Assembly (NCBI RefSeq): GCF_006345805.1
Contig: NC_042997.1
Span: forward strand, 199,764,001-199,828,000
Source: Octopus sinensis
Lineage: Eukaryota
DNA: 64,000 bases
Direction: 5' to 3'
Below the pieces are notes generated by a model, which was not told the DNA's origin, ran no database searches, and saw only the letters and a list, made by a program, of their open reading frames with translations. Numbering within the stretch: the stretch's first letter is position 1; each line of letters begins with the position of its first letter. Below are positions 36,779 to 49,626 of the stretch, in pieces. The position numbers were made by a program, and so were the translations under genes.

Positions 36779-37150
36779 CACAGGAATGGCTGTGTGGTAA
36801 GTAGCTTGCTTCCCAACCATATGATTCCAGGTTCAGTTCCATTGCGTGTCATCTTGGGCAAGTGTTTTCTATTACAGCCTTGGGTCAACCAAAGCCTTAA
36901 CAGTGGATTTGGTAGACAGAAACTGAAAGAAGCCCGCCATGTGTGTATATACATATATGTCTGTGCCTGTGTCTGTTCCTCCACCATCGCTTGACAATCA
37001 ATGCTGGTGTTTACATCCCAGTAACTTAGCGGTTCAGCAAAAGAACTGATAGAGTAAGTACTAGGCTTACAAAGAATAAGTTCTGGGGTCGATTTGTTCG
37101 ACTAAAGGTGATGCTCCAGCATGACCACAGTCAAATAACAAACAAATCAA
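36779..37150 (+). mobile_element. CORE-SINE, tail type A
   Basis: GCACAGGAATGGCTGTGTGGTAAGTAGC...GATGCTCCAGCATGACCACAGTCAAATAAC. Confidence 0.85.
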
Positions 37151-37189
37151 AGAAAATATATACACATACATACATATAAATAGCAGAAA

Positions 37190-37418
37190 CTCACCACAAG
37201 GTGAGCGTACAGCAGGGGCAATCTTCAGAGAAAGAACTCCCATCTGACCAGTGTTTCAGCCCTTATACCTACACTCTATAGGAGCCAGACCCATCCAGGT
37301 CATGACTCCCAAGTGTCCACCTGCTGCTTTCCAAAGTCCTGTCTTCAGCAGGATTTGAACCTGAGTCATTCTTTTGTTCCCAAATCTGTGTTTCAGTTCA
37401 CCAGGCCACTCTGACTGA
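37190..37418 (-). mobile_element. Probable tRNA-derived SINE of another family
   Basis: Minus strand AGTGGCCTGGTG (A-box-like) ... GGTTCAAATCC (B box); only one copy seen in the window. Confidence 0.35.
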
Positions 37419-37631
37419 TGAAGAAACCAATTTTCTTCTTCTTTCTATTCTTGTAAAGAACCAATGGAATCCATAACCAAGTTCATTGGTCATTCCTCTT
37501 CATTGATATCCACACTGAGCTTTTGTCAGTAACATCAGACAAGTGTTTAACTGTAGCAGTTCTTCTGTGACCTTTGATACCCAGGTGTTCTAGTAGCCAA
37601 CAGGTTGATGCAGTCACAAATCCTTGTGATC

Positions 37632-38043
37632 CAACTTCATATATGTATAAGTATTGCTGTGCAGTTAAGAAGCTTGCTTCACAACCACATGGTTTTGGGT
37701 TCAGTCCCACTATGTGGCACCCTTTGAAAGTGTCTTCCACTTTAACCCCTTGCTGACCAAAGTAAGATGACTTGGTAGATGGAAACTGCAAGAAGTTAGT
37801 TGTGTGTGTGTGTGTGCATGTGAGAGAGAGAGGCAGATAACAGAGAGAGACATTCTGTTGACATCATGTTGCAAATTAATGTCATTCACTTCCAATATTC
37901 TGCAAAAACATGTCTAACCATGGGGAAATATTACCTTACTTGGAAATAGGTAAGGGTTGGCAACAGAAAGAGCATTCAGCTGTAGAAAATCTGCCTCAAT
38001 AAATTTCAGCCAACCCATGCAAGCATGGAAAAGTGGACAATGA
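37632..38043 (+). mobile_element. CORE-SINE head with RTE-type tail (type B)
   Basis: Head GCTGTGCAGTTAAGAAGCTTGC..GGTTCAGTCCC; tail CAGCTGTAGAAAATCTGCC..CCCATGCAAGCATGGAAAAGTGGAC. Confidence 0.75.
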
Positions 38044-39005
38044 TAGGTAAGCTTGTCTGTTTATATACAGAACTACATTTTCCAAAATATCTTTTCCTAA
38101 TTTCAGATCATAGCATGCAATTTGAAGGAAATTTGGCTGCTTGAAGTATCCACATAGAATCCTTCTCCTCATTGGCACAGAGAAAACTTTGTTATTGTTA
38201 TGACTTCCCAGATCATTTGTAGCTAGAACAAAACAAATGATGGAAAGCATTTCTGTTGCAATAATCCTGTTATTCTTAATCAGGAATTATTTTGTTCAAT
38301 TCTTAATTTAAGATGGTAAGTTTGATTAGGAGAGATTTAGCTACTTTCAGCAAGCTGTGGAACTACATACCAACTCCTTGTTAAAATTACCCATGACTAA
38401 TTATCTTTTCCTTTCTTTCTCTATCTGTCTTATACCTTCAGTTTAAGTGGTTATTATAATGGCCTATGCTCCGCAGATGTGGCTGGTTTGTACTTCCACT
38501 AGTCAGGCTTTCCTAACCCACATCTCTCTCATCACTCATGCTGTGTCCATTCCCTCCTAGCTCCACACTAACCATTATACCCAGTTCTTTCTCCCTTCAA
38601 CACTGGTTCTTTGAAATTTCTTCCCTGTTCATGTCTATCTTGAAAGCTCTTGACCACGAACAGTAACCATTTAGCAATTAAACTAGCCATGAATGGCCCA
38701 AATATTCTACCTGTTTCATATTCAAACTGGCTTCCCACACTTACTCTATAATATGATTGTAAAAATAAACTATTACATCATCAAAATCGTAAAGCGACAA
38801 GATAATGCACAAGTAATGCTTATTCATTCACACTGTTTTAAATTACATTTGACAAAGTAATCTGAATATTAAATGGAACATTAACAACAACAACCTTATT
38901 AGTTTAAGAAGGTCTGGAAGAGGCATGGGCACTGCCCATTCCTCTAAATTCAGCAAGTGAAAAAGAAAACAAAAAAATGTTAGTCTAGTGCTCAACCTTA
39001 TAGGT

Positions 39006-39040
<35 letters not shown>

Positions 39041-39044
<4 letters not shown>

Positions 39045-39285
39045 CCTCGACTGGCACCAATCCGACCGTGGCCGTTGCCAGCCTCGCCTGGCACCTGTGC
39101 GGGTGGCATGTGAAAAGCACCCACTACACTCTCGGAGTGGTTGGCGTTAGGAAGGGCATCCAGCTGTAGAAACATTGCCAGATAAGACTGGAGTCTGGTG
39201 CAGCCTTCTGGCTTCCCAGATCCCCGGTCGAACCGTCCAACCCATGCTGGCATGGAGAACGGACGTTAAACGATGATGATGATGA
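39041..39285 (+). mobile_element. Young RTE-type 3'-end repeat after (TA)n
   Basis: Near-identical to 35630-35915. Confidence 0.88.
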
Positions 39286-39409
39286 TATATTCATACCATT
39301 ACCTTGGCGTTATTATTATTATTATTTTTATTATATTACAGAAAAGAGATAACAGCTCAATGTTATTCTCCATACTATATACTAAATAAACAAGTAACAT
39401 TAACATTTA

Positions 39410-39617
39410 ATATAATAATAATGAAATAATTGTATAGTGCTCAGGTGCACCACAACTTGTCAAAAGTGCATATAAAGTATATACAGTAATGTACAAATGT
39501 CTGGAAAGTGAACAGTGTATGAGTCAGATACATGCTTGCATGTATATGGAGGGGAAAAATCAGGTGTAGTGTTGGTGAATCTCAGGAAGAATGGAAGTTT
39601 TGAAGGAATCAGTGCTT
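39410..39617 (-). mobile_element. CR1 3' UTR fragment
   Basis: Reverse complement matches 26725-26935 (AGTTGTGGTGCACCTGAGCACT, GTATCTGACTCAT). Confidence 0.85.
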
Positions 39618-41162
39618 GTAACAGTTATTTAGTTTTCTAACAGTTACTTAGTTTTCTAATTATATGCCAACCCAATCAGACAGTGGAACCCATTTTAATT
39701 TGCTTCCACCCCATTTTCAGCAAAATACAGAAACCATTCCCACAAGCTAACTGCATAATTCTTATACTAATATCTATTTCAATTGTAGGCTGTTCACCAA
39801 ATTTTCACTAAATCTTTGCAAACCCTTATTCTCAAAATATCCTTTTCCATGTGTTCTTCCCTTATTCCATTTATTCTTTACTGAGAACCTCTTAAATTTT
39901 AGTTTAATAAAAAGGTTTGGGCTTTGACTTCATACAAAGGTGTCAAGATTCACATCTTTACCCCTTTTTTAAAAAAAATCTATTCATTATTCTAATGCAC
40001 TGAATTAATTCTGTATTATCTGGGTTTTTTTTCTTCAAGTTTCATATTATGGTGCTCTAAATATATATTTCCTTTCTAAAGTAATCATTCACACAAGATA
40101 GCATATTTTCCACACTAACCTTTCTTTCAGTCAGTCTCCTTTACTACATTTTCAACACATTCTATGCAAAATCTTTCCTCATTTTTCATAGATTATCTTT
40201 TTCCATCTATTCAATTTCTCCACTCTCCAACTGTGAACTTTATACTTGAATGCAATACTTATCTACTCATAATAGCCTCTTGCACACTTTTTCACTAAGC
40301 AAGAAAATGGTTTGCAGTGATGTCAAATTCACATGAAAGAGGAATACTACTTCCAACAGCCATTTCCTCAATTTCCAAATTATATATAACTCCTCAGCAG
40401 AAAGTTGATATTATAGACTATGATGTGTAATGTGAACTTGAGAGGTAAATCATTGATATTCAGCCCTTTGCTGGCCTCATCAAGCAGACCTGATCAAAGG
40501 TACCCACACAATGACAATCCTGTTTATCAGGTATAGTGTATCTTGGTCTAATATGTATCTATATCCTTCTTTTGCTTTTCAAATGGTAGGTTGTGGTTTG
40601 AGGAAAACTTCTCTGCTATATCTACCAAGTCAAACAACCAAAAGAGATTCCTTCATTAACTTCTAAAAGACAAATACAATTAGGGAGTACAAGTATGGGT
40701 TGATATATAAACTCACAACACATATTTATGAGAATTATTTGAAATGGTATAAAGCGTTTATAGTAAAACAGACACAAAAGAAAGTGATATAAAAAAAGCA
40801 ATGTAAAACTGGAAAACGTAATTGGATAAAGACGGGAAATGTTGAAAATGATGAATAAAAATTACAGAAGCAGGGGTGAATGACTATTTTGTTATATAGA
40901 TCTAACAAACTCATATTACAATGGAAATACGGATATTACAATAAAAATAGTATAATAAAGCTAGTGTAATCATTGGGATGCTTGTTTCTTAGTCATCATC
41001 ATTTAATGTCTATGGGTTATACAAATGTATGCACCCATGCCATCCACATAATCTAACTGCTTATTTATTTTATATCACATTTTGTACAAATATTAACAAA
41101 TGAAGTTATTAATCAATAATATTGATAGTTACAGATTTTGAATATGCTCAATAATACAAGGG

Positions 41163-41545
41163 ATAGGAATGGCTGTGTGATAAGACATTTGCTTCTCAAT
41201 CACATGGTTCTGGGTTCAGTCCCACTGCGTGACACCTTGGGCAAGTGTCTTTTACTATAGCCTCTGGCCAACCAAAGACTTGTGAGTGAATTTGGTAGAT
41301 GGAAACTGAAAGAAGCTCATTGTATATATATTTGTGTGTGTGTGTGTGTTTCCTCCATCACTGCTTGAAAACTGGTATTTGATTTGTGTGTCTATGTTCC
41401 TATACATTAGTGGTTTTGCAAAAAAGACTGATAGAAAAAGTACCATGCTTAAAAGTACTGTGGATCAATTCATTTGACTAAAATTCCTCAAGGTAGTGCT
41501 CCAGCATAGCCGCAGTCTAATGACTGAAACAAGTAAAAGATAAAA
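41163..41545 (+). mobile_element. CORE-SINE, tail type A
   Basis: AGGAATGGCTGTGTGATAAG...CTTGGGCAAGTGTC...GTGCTCCAGCATAGCCGCAGTCTAATGACTGAAAC. Confidence 0.85.
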
Positions 41546-41813
41546 GATATTTAATATAATATCTATGATGGTGAGGGTGCAAAAGAGTTGCTGCACAACC
41601 TTGACAAAACAAACATGACAGGGGAATGTCGTTTGCAAACACTAGTGTATTGGTTCTCTTGCTATTATACATCAGCAACATACACCCACACTCTAGGCTT
41701 TTGCATAGTTTTCTTTCAATCAAATTCCTCTCACAAAACATTGGTCAACTAAAGGCTACAGTAAAAGACACCAGAGAAGACACTAAGGTGCCACCAAATG
41801 GTATTGAATCCAA

Positions 41814-42296
41814 CATCAGGCATTTGCCATATTCTGAACGCCTAACTTCCCTGGGCATGGATACATTGAAACTCCGACGTCTGGCAGCTGACTTGGCAGA
41901 CACTCATAAAATTATTAACCATCTTACAAACAATAACTCTGAGCACCTTTTCGAACTCCACCTGTCTAACACCCGTAGACATGTTTACAAAGTCAGAAAA
42001 CAGCACAGCTCCCATGATTTTTGGAAACATTTTTTCATGCTAAGAGTTGCTGAAGTATGGAACAAACTGCCGGCATCAGTTGTAAGTTATCGGAGCACTG
42101 CATCCTTCAAAACTTCCTGAGATTTGCCAACACTACACCTGATTTTCTCCCCTCCATACACATGCAAGCATGTATCTGATTCATACACCATTCACTTTCC
42201 AGACATTTGTACATTACTGCATATACTTTATACAAACTTTTGACAAGTTGTGGTGCACCTAAGCACTGTATACAATAATTTCATTATTATTATTAT
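41814..42296 (+). mobile_element. 5'-truncated CR1 copy, same family as 26051-26940
   Basis: LPYSERLTSLGMDTLKLRRLAADLADTHKIINHL... plus the same 3' UTR and (ATT)n; short deletion near the stop codon. Confidence 0.9.
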
Positions 42297-42700
42297 GACT
42301 GTGCTCACATAAAATGATAACAGGAATTGAACTGAATCAAAAATCTCGTTACCTTCTTGCAGAGCTACCATAACAATTGTAAATATTAATAGCAATTATA
42401 AAATTCAGTCAATTGGCCAACTATGTAGATTTTTCATAGATTTTTCAATGGCATTTCAGCTGAACTGATTGATGATCCAAATTGCTGGAAATTGTTTTTA
42501 CTTACTGAAGTCAAGAATATTATACTGATGCTATTTCCCAATACTAGTAATGTATATTAGAAGAAACTGGGTGCAAAGGTTCCCAATGGATTTGCCATCA
42601 TGTAGATTAGGGACTCAAATACGTAATTCATCAGAAGGCTGTGCAATCAGCTGGTATATAATTGAGTAGTCTGTTCTCTTTCTCAATTCATGCCCTACTT

Positions 42701-42918
42701 AGGCGGGGCGAGCTGGCAGAAACAGTAGCATGTTGGGCGAAATGCTTAATGGTATTTCATCTATCTTTACATTCTGAGTTTAAATTCTGCCGAGGTTGAC
42801 TTTGCCTTTCATCCTTTTGGGGGTCGAAAAATTAAGTACCAGTTGCGTACTGGGTTTGATCTAATCGACTGGCCCCACCTCCCCAAAAATTTCAGGCCTT
42901 ATACCTCGAGTAGAAAAG
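42701..42918 (+). mobile_element. Full Meta/Sauria-domain-like tRNA SINE with 16-bp TSD
   Basis: AGGCGGGGCGAGCTGGCAGAAAC...GACTTTGCCTTTCATCCTTTTGGGGGTCGAAAAATTAAGTACC; TSD AATTCATGCCCTACTT at 42685-42700 and 42919-42934. Confidence 0.9.
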
Positions 42919-44544
42919 AATTCATGCCCTACTTCAGCAAGCACAGAATTGCAAATGAGCTACTGGCTAGTTTCAGCTGGGCACTTTACAGACAAATTCA
43001 GTCATACAGCTTGATTGCCTTCTGCGCACATCACAAAATATAAACATTATAAAAATGAATTTCTATATAAGCAATCATAGAAAAATGTTTAAATTAAATC
43101 ATATACAAAAATGAGCAACTTTATTTATACATTGCTTCAAAGTAATGTTATAAACCTGTACACACAACAGGTTTATGGAAGAAAGTGCTAATTTAAAATT
43201 TAATCAATCTGACAATTCAGAATTAATAGTGAAACTTATCCAAACTCTTTTGAACAAAATATATTTTCAAAGAATCTATATGCACCACATAACTTAGTAA
43301 AAATATAAGAAGTATTCTAAAATATTTCTAGTTTCTATAAAAGATTGCTTTTATCTTCCAAAATATCATATTTAAAATAAAAAATTATCTTAGTTTTGTA
43401 CAATCTTGAATGATTGATCCAGAAGAAAGCTGCACAGATCAACTATTCATATTTAACATTCCAATGGATTGTATCTTTTTTTTTACTGCTTATCTAGGAT
43501 GTTTCTGGTTGAGTATTTTCCATATGTAACTATTGAAATCTATGGAGACAAATTTCAATGCTATGGACAATGATACCACAGACGCTAACAAATTCTGTTC
43601 AATTCTATTTTATACATCTTGATATTTTTTTAATAAGGAAAGATAAGATTTGTTCAGGATGGAATGTATAGAAATATAAACACTAGAACTATATAATCTT
43701 ATGCAATCCTAAATCATAAGGTATAATATTACCAAAAACAAGTTGACAAGTTGAAAATCTTCATTTTTCTTATAATCTACTCAATATTAAACAAATATTT
43801 AGGATAAAGAACAATTCTTCCTTAATATTAAATGGGTGATTATCACACATTCAAGTCTTAAAATGTTGTTTCTTTAGATAAAGGAGGTTTGGTGGTCCTA
43901 GAAAAGAAAGAAACAATAGAAGGTATATGTGGAAGCATCTAGAAATATGTAAGTTTTTCATTAAAGATGCATCTTGACGCAAATACAGTTACAAACAATA
44001 AGGTTAAAACCTTTTAAATTGGGGGTGAGGAGCATAAAACTGCCTGTGGGACCTGAGCTACACATCCATAACTCAGACAGGCATGCAACCAATTACGCTG
44101 AGTAAATTTCTGAAAGGCTTATATAGTATTAAACTGAGCAATGAAATAAGTCTACAAAGAAAAAGAATGGTATCTCCATACACTTTCCATTGGCCAGATT
44201 TCACTTAAAAGATTTTGGTCAACTTGGGGCCACAGAAGAAAATATTTAAGGTGCCATACAGTAGGACTGAACCCAAAATAAAAGTCATGAAGCAAACAGA
44301 ACTTTTAAAGTATATATTTCTACCTGTTGCCCATAACCTGCTAAATCTTATTTGAATTCAGAAAGGCATAAAACCTAGGTTGTTCATCATCATGAGGAGT
44401 TCTCTAGTAACTGTAAAGAGTTTTCTGTATCTTAACCTGCTTGTGGGAAAATAAAGAGATTTTGGTCTGACATGGCAGAGATACCATACAACCAAAACAC
44501 ATGCCTGCAAGACACATATCTTCCTGAAATCCTGCAATACTATA

Positions 44545-44770
44545 AGATGTCTAAAGGCAGTGAGCTAACAGAAACATTACCATGCTGGACAAAATGCATA
44601 GCAGCATTTCGTCTGTATTTACATTCTGAGTTCAAATTCAATAGAGGCTTGACTTTGCTTTTCATGTTTGATAAAATAAGTACCAGTTGAACACTAGAGG
44701 TCAATGTAATCAAGTTAACTCCTCCCCTGAAATTGCTGGTCTTGTGCCAAAATGTGAAGCCAACAATTTA
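44545..44770 (+). mobile_element. Meta-like SINE, degenerate
   Basis: AAGGCAGTGAGCTAACAGAAAC...GACTTTGCTTTTCATG..AAAATAAGTACCAG. Confidence 0.7.
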
Positions 44771-44789
44771 AGATATCTGTAGTCAGGTT

Positions 44790-45207
44790 TAGGAGTGGCT
44801 GTGTGGTAAGTAGCTTGCTTATGAACCACATGGTTCTGGGTTCAGTCCCACTGTGTGGCACCTTGGGAAAATGTCTTCTACTATAGCCTCGACCCAACCA
44901 AAGCCTTGTGAATGGATTTGGTAGACAGAAACTGAAAGAAGCGCATCGTATATATGTATGTATATATGTATGTGTGTGTATATGCTTGTGTGTCTGTGTT
45001 AGTCCCCCCAACATTGCTTGACAACCGATGCTGGTGTGTTTACGTTCCCGGAACTTAGTAGTTCGGCAAAAGAGACTGATAGAATAAGTACTAGGCTTAC
45101 AAAGAATAAGTCCTGGGGTCGATTTGCTCAACTAAAACAAGTAAAAGAGAGTAAAAGAGAATGCTTTCTGAAACAAGTAAAAGAGAGTAAAAGAGAATGC
45201 TTTCTGG
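44790..45207 (+). mobile_element. CORE-SINE with deleted tail core and a ~36-bp tandem duplication at the 3' end
   Basis: AAACAAGTAAAAGAGAGTAAAAGAGAATGCTTTCTG occurs twice (about 45135-45206). Confidence 0.8.
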
Positions 45208-45869
45208 AGATCTTTGAAAGAAACAGCAAGCACCATTGCCTGGTGAAAGCAAGTAAGAAGGATTGGCTAGAAAATAGTGAGGTTAAACTTGATGGTGGTG
45301 GTAATATCAGTGGTTAATTATTTTCAGGTTTAATGACTAAATATTCACCTTATAAATTGTCATAGATTACGAAATAGAATATTTTGCTTCATTATCTATT
45401 TCATGCATAATTAACAAATTATGATAAGTTATATGTTTCATTGAAGAAAGTTAAGGTAAGAAAAATCCTGTAAACCTATTTTTTCTTAAAATCATGCAAA
45501 TACATATTGCAAATAATTACCTGAGATGATAACAATCATAGGAGCACAGATGTTTCAAACTGCAACCATCAGTTATTTCCATAAATAATTTTGCTGATAT
45601 TGAATTATGTTGTTATTATTTATAACCAGATTAATTATGCTGCATTATCTTCATCAGCATCAAGTAATTATTCATATATTAAGTGTTAAGTGATGACCAT
45701 TTAAACTTGCAGCAGCATATCAACATAGTAACAGCTGCCAAGTGACCTGCATGGCAGGTTAAAATATGTAAATTGCATAGATTCACAAATAAAGTATCAG
45801 TGATGGCATAGTGTGTCACATTTTAAGCAACACACCTTAATACCTTGCTAAAATATACGTATATACATG

Positions 45870-46160
45870 TGAAGGTGCATGGCCTAGTGGTTAGGGTTTT
45901 GCACTCACAATCACTAGATCGTAGGTTTGATTCCCAGACTGAGCAGTGGTTGTCTTCTTGAGCAAAATAACTTCACTTCATATTGCTCCAGTTCACTCAG
46001 CTGTGAATGGGCAACCTTGCAATGGACAAGGCTTCCAATCACAAGGAATGCTGGCCTGCTTGCCTAGCCAGAAGTGCTACATCATTCAAAAGCTAAAACA
46101 ATGCAAAGTGCATTGTGACCAGTGATGTGTAACAACAACCGATAGTCTGGTTGATCACGT
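45870..46160 (+). mobile_element. tRNA SINE with V/Deu-like central region, degenerate
   Basis: TGGCCTAGTGG A box, GTTTGATTCC B box, TTGCTCCAGTTCACTCAGCTGTGAATGGG centre. Confidence 0.55.
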
Positions 46161-46439
46161 GACACACACACTGGATGATAATTAAGTCACAGTTTATTAA
46201 AATACATTTCATTTTCAAAATTTAATAGAATCTACAGACAAAATTAGATTTTTTTATGAATACTTGTTTCAAACCAATGACCATTTGGTTCCTGGAACTG
46301 CTGATAACACAAAGCAATGGAATTGAAAACATCTGGAAACATTTTGTTCAACATTTTTACATATTCTCATTCAATGGTTGATCTCATTTCAATTGTTGCC
46401 AGATTTGTACTGTAAGCTTTATCTCTCTTTTTTTAAATA

Positions 46440-46570
46440 TTCTTTTCTACTCTAGGCAGGAGGGGGCCAGTCAAATAGATTGACGCCAGTACACAACTGG
46501 TACTTAATGTATCAACCCCAAAAGGATGAAAGGCGAAGTCGACCTTGGCGGAATTTGAACTCAGAACAAA
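46440..46570 (-). mobile_element. Meta-like SINE fragment
   Basis: GGTACTTAATGTATCAACCCCAAAAGGATGAAAGGCGAAGTCGACCTTGGCGGAATTTGAACTCAGAAC. Confidence 0.75.
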
Positions 46571-47919
46571 TTCCACCAAGGTTGGCTTTGCCTTTATTAA
46601 GTACTTCTCCCTCCCCTTTTTAAATATTCTAATAAAAAATAGTCAAGTGATGTGAAGTCTGGTGCACACAAACTATTCTACTGAACACCTTTGTCCAGTC
46701 CACCTGTTTAGCAAAATCTCATCAAAGAAGGCCCTTACATCATTATGGTAGCATGGGAAGGCCCCATCTTGCTAGAAATAAACTCTACGTCTTTGAAATC
46801 CTCTTGAATGCTTGGCATGTTTTATAGCTTGGTGTTGGATATATAATTTAGTGAAGCACTACAATTACTGTTAAATGCTTTCTGCCAATGGCTAACAGTG
46901 AACTGCTGATAGTTCTTTATTTTATAGCAATGTGTCAGTCCACTTTTAGTCACATAGGGGTGGTCAGTATCCTAGCACAACAGATAGTTGCAACGCGTTC
47001 ATGTAAACAGGACCAGTCAAAGTATCATAAAAAAGAATGACCCAATTAAGCCTTTTTAATAAGCTACACCATACTGTAAGCCCTGATAAATAAATATGAT
47101 GTCCTATAATATGTAGAATCTTGTGGACATTTTGAACAGTTCTATCTGCTTCAATCTATAAAGTAAGTGATAATGAGATACCCTACTAAACTGTCTTTGT
47201 ACTTCAACTGCATTTTCAAACTTTACAGTAAATTTCCTTTGTTCAAAGCTTAATCTGGATTCTTTCATTATTTCTAATAGGTTAAATCTAAAAAGAATAT
47301 TAAATGAGTTAATGGTTAAAGTGTGTATATAGAGTTTTAGAACATCCTGTATGTGTGTGTGTGTGTAGTAAATTTGATCAGCAACAAAAGCTGTTGAAGA
47401 TCAAATAAAAAAGTAATGCTATAACATTCGTTCAAACATGTCATTTTTACTTAAGTTGTAACAAACACTTAGAAACATAGGTTTATCATAACTGCAGATG
47501 AACAAGTCTTAGAAATTGTTTGTCAATGGCAATCTAGAAAGGTTGTGGTTGAAGCAAGAAAGACACAGGAAAGGGAAAGGAAAGAGGAAAAAAAATCATT
47601 AAAAATTCACAAATATCTGATTCAAATAATTTTAATGGTGATTTGTAAGAAATATATGCAAGCTGAAACAACTTCTTTAGTAGATTAAGAACTTAATCCC
47701 TTTCCACCAGTTTACTCATATGCAAAGAGCATTACATAATTGTTTACATTTTTTTCCCTAACTATAAATATTAATACTCTTCCTCTGAAAATATGTATAA
47801 ACCATATCAATAGAGAAAATTTGAATTGTGCAGTATAAAAAGCTTCTTTCTCTCAAACTTTAAAAGCTAATTAATAGACAATTTCTCCAGCCATTCTTTA
47901 TTTAGTGATAGTACCAATG

Positions 47920-48105
47920 TTGGTGGCATGTTAAAGGCACTTGGTACACCTTGTGGAGTGGTTGGCATTAGGAAGGGCATCCAGCTATAGAAACCAAGCC
48001 AAAACAGAATGGAGCCTGGTGCAGCTCTACAGCTAACCAATTCATCAAACCATCTACCTCATGCCAGCATGGAAAATGGATGCTAAATGATGATGATGAT
48101 GATTT
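47920..48105 (+). mobile_element. RTE-type 3' tail
   Basis: GTGGTTGGCATTAGGAAGGGCATCCAGC...CATGGAAAATGGATGCTAAATGATGATG. Confidence 0.75.
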
Positions 48106-48714
48106 TTGCTTTCTTTTCAACATATTCTTTACCAGTCTCTGCAAAGTCACCAATACTAACTTAAAAACAGAAAACTTATATTCAATATATTAGAAGAAAC
48201 AAAAAGTTTCAATGGGTGCAGGCTTGGCTTTGTGGTTAATGTTGCTTTGTAACCACATGGTTTCCGGTTCAATTCCACTGCATGTCACTTTGTCTAGTAT
48301 CTTCTGCTATAACCCCATGCCAACCAACACCTAATGAATGAATCTGGAAGTCATGTCTGTGTATACATGCATGTATGTATGTATGTATGTATGAATGAAT
48401 GAATGAATGAATGAATGTAGATATCCCAAGCACTTGAACACAACATTTGTTTCATGCTTGCATTTCTCATTGATATTATAATTGGTCACTGTTCTTGAAG
48501 ACCTATGGAAAACATATAAGAGTTGATGGTGGGGAGAGCAACCTATCAAGAAGTTAAATCCTGCCTCAAATAAGTCCCTATCTAACTCACGTTAACTTGA
48601 CAAAACAGACGTCAAATACATGAATGAATGAATGAATGAATGAATGAATGATAATCTAATGAATATCCTTTAGTAATTTAATCACTGATTTAAATTTTTT
48701 TTTTGTTTATATTC

Positions 48715-49626
48715 TTTTACTTATATTCTTTTACTTATTTCAGTCATTTGACTACGGCCATGCTGGAGCACCGCCTTTAGTCAAGCAAATTAATCCCAAC
48801 TGATTAAGAAAAAAATTAAACTAGATGAGATGCAGTTTGGTTTTATGCCTAAGAAGATATCTTCCTTGTGACACAGCTGCAAGAAAAGTATTTGGACAAA
48901 AGTAAGCCATTGTACTTAGCTTTTGTCGATATGGAGAAGGCTTCTGACAAAGTCCCCAACTCTATAATCTGGTGGTCTCTTAGGAGGCTAGGAGTAGAGG
49001 AGTGGCTTGTTAGAGCTGTACAAGCCATGTACAGTGATGCTGTTAGTAAGGTGAGAGTTAGCCCTGAAAACAGTGATGAATCTAGCGTACAGGTAGGAGC
49101 CCACCAGGGCTCAGCCCACTCTTATTCATTATAGTCCTCCAGGCCATAACAGAGAAATTCAAAACTAGATGCCTACAGGAACTACTTTATTCTGATGACC
49201 TCACTCCTATAGCAGAATCTATAACAGAATTGAAGAAATTCCAAGTATGGAAACAAAACCTGGAATCAAAGGGCCTTAAAGTTAACCTAGCAAAGATTAA
49301 AGTTGTTGTTAGCAAGAAAGAAGATATGACTCTCTTTCTTTGTAAGCCTAGTACTTATTCTATCAGTCTCTTTTGCTGAACTGTTAAGTTATGGGGATGT
49401 AAACACACCAGCATTGGTTGTCAAGCGATGTTGGGAGGGGGGAGGACAAATACACACACATATATACGACTGGCTTTTTTCAGTTTCCGTCTACCAAATC
49501 CACTCACAAGGCTTTGGTCAGCCCGAGGCTATAGTAGAAGAACTTTGCCCAAGGTGCCACACAGTAGGACTGAAACCAGAAGCATGTGGTTGGTAAGCAA
49601 GCTACTTACCACACAGCCACTCCTAC
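48715..49626 (-). mobile_element. CORE-SINE (type A) split by a 543-bp copy of RTE sequence
   Basis: SINE tail at 48715-48796 and body/head at 49340-49626 are colinear with 22229-22625; the insert 48797-49339 matches 55651-56200. Confidence 0.88.

Noticed and set aside
45521-45593. Minus-strand 73-nt exon candidate (KLFMEITDGCSLKHLCSYDCYHL) with CAG/GTAATT donor
   Set aside because: Weak acceptor and no identifiable domain; chance occurrence is likely in 64 kb.
47335-47352. ACATCCTGTA resembling a Tc1-like TIR end
   Set aside because: Too short, and no matching left TIR or transposase relic was found.
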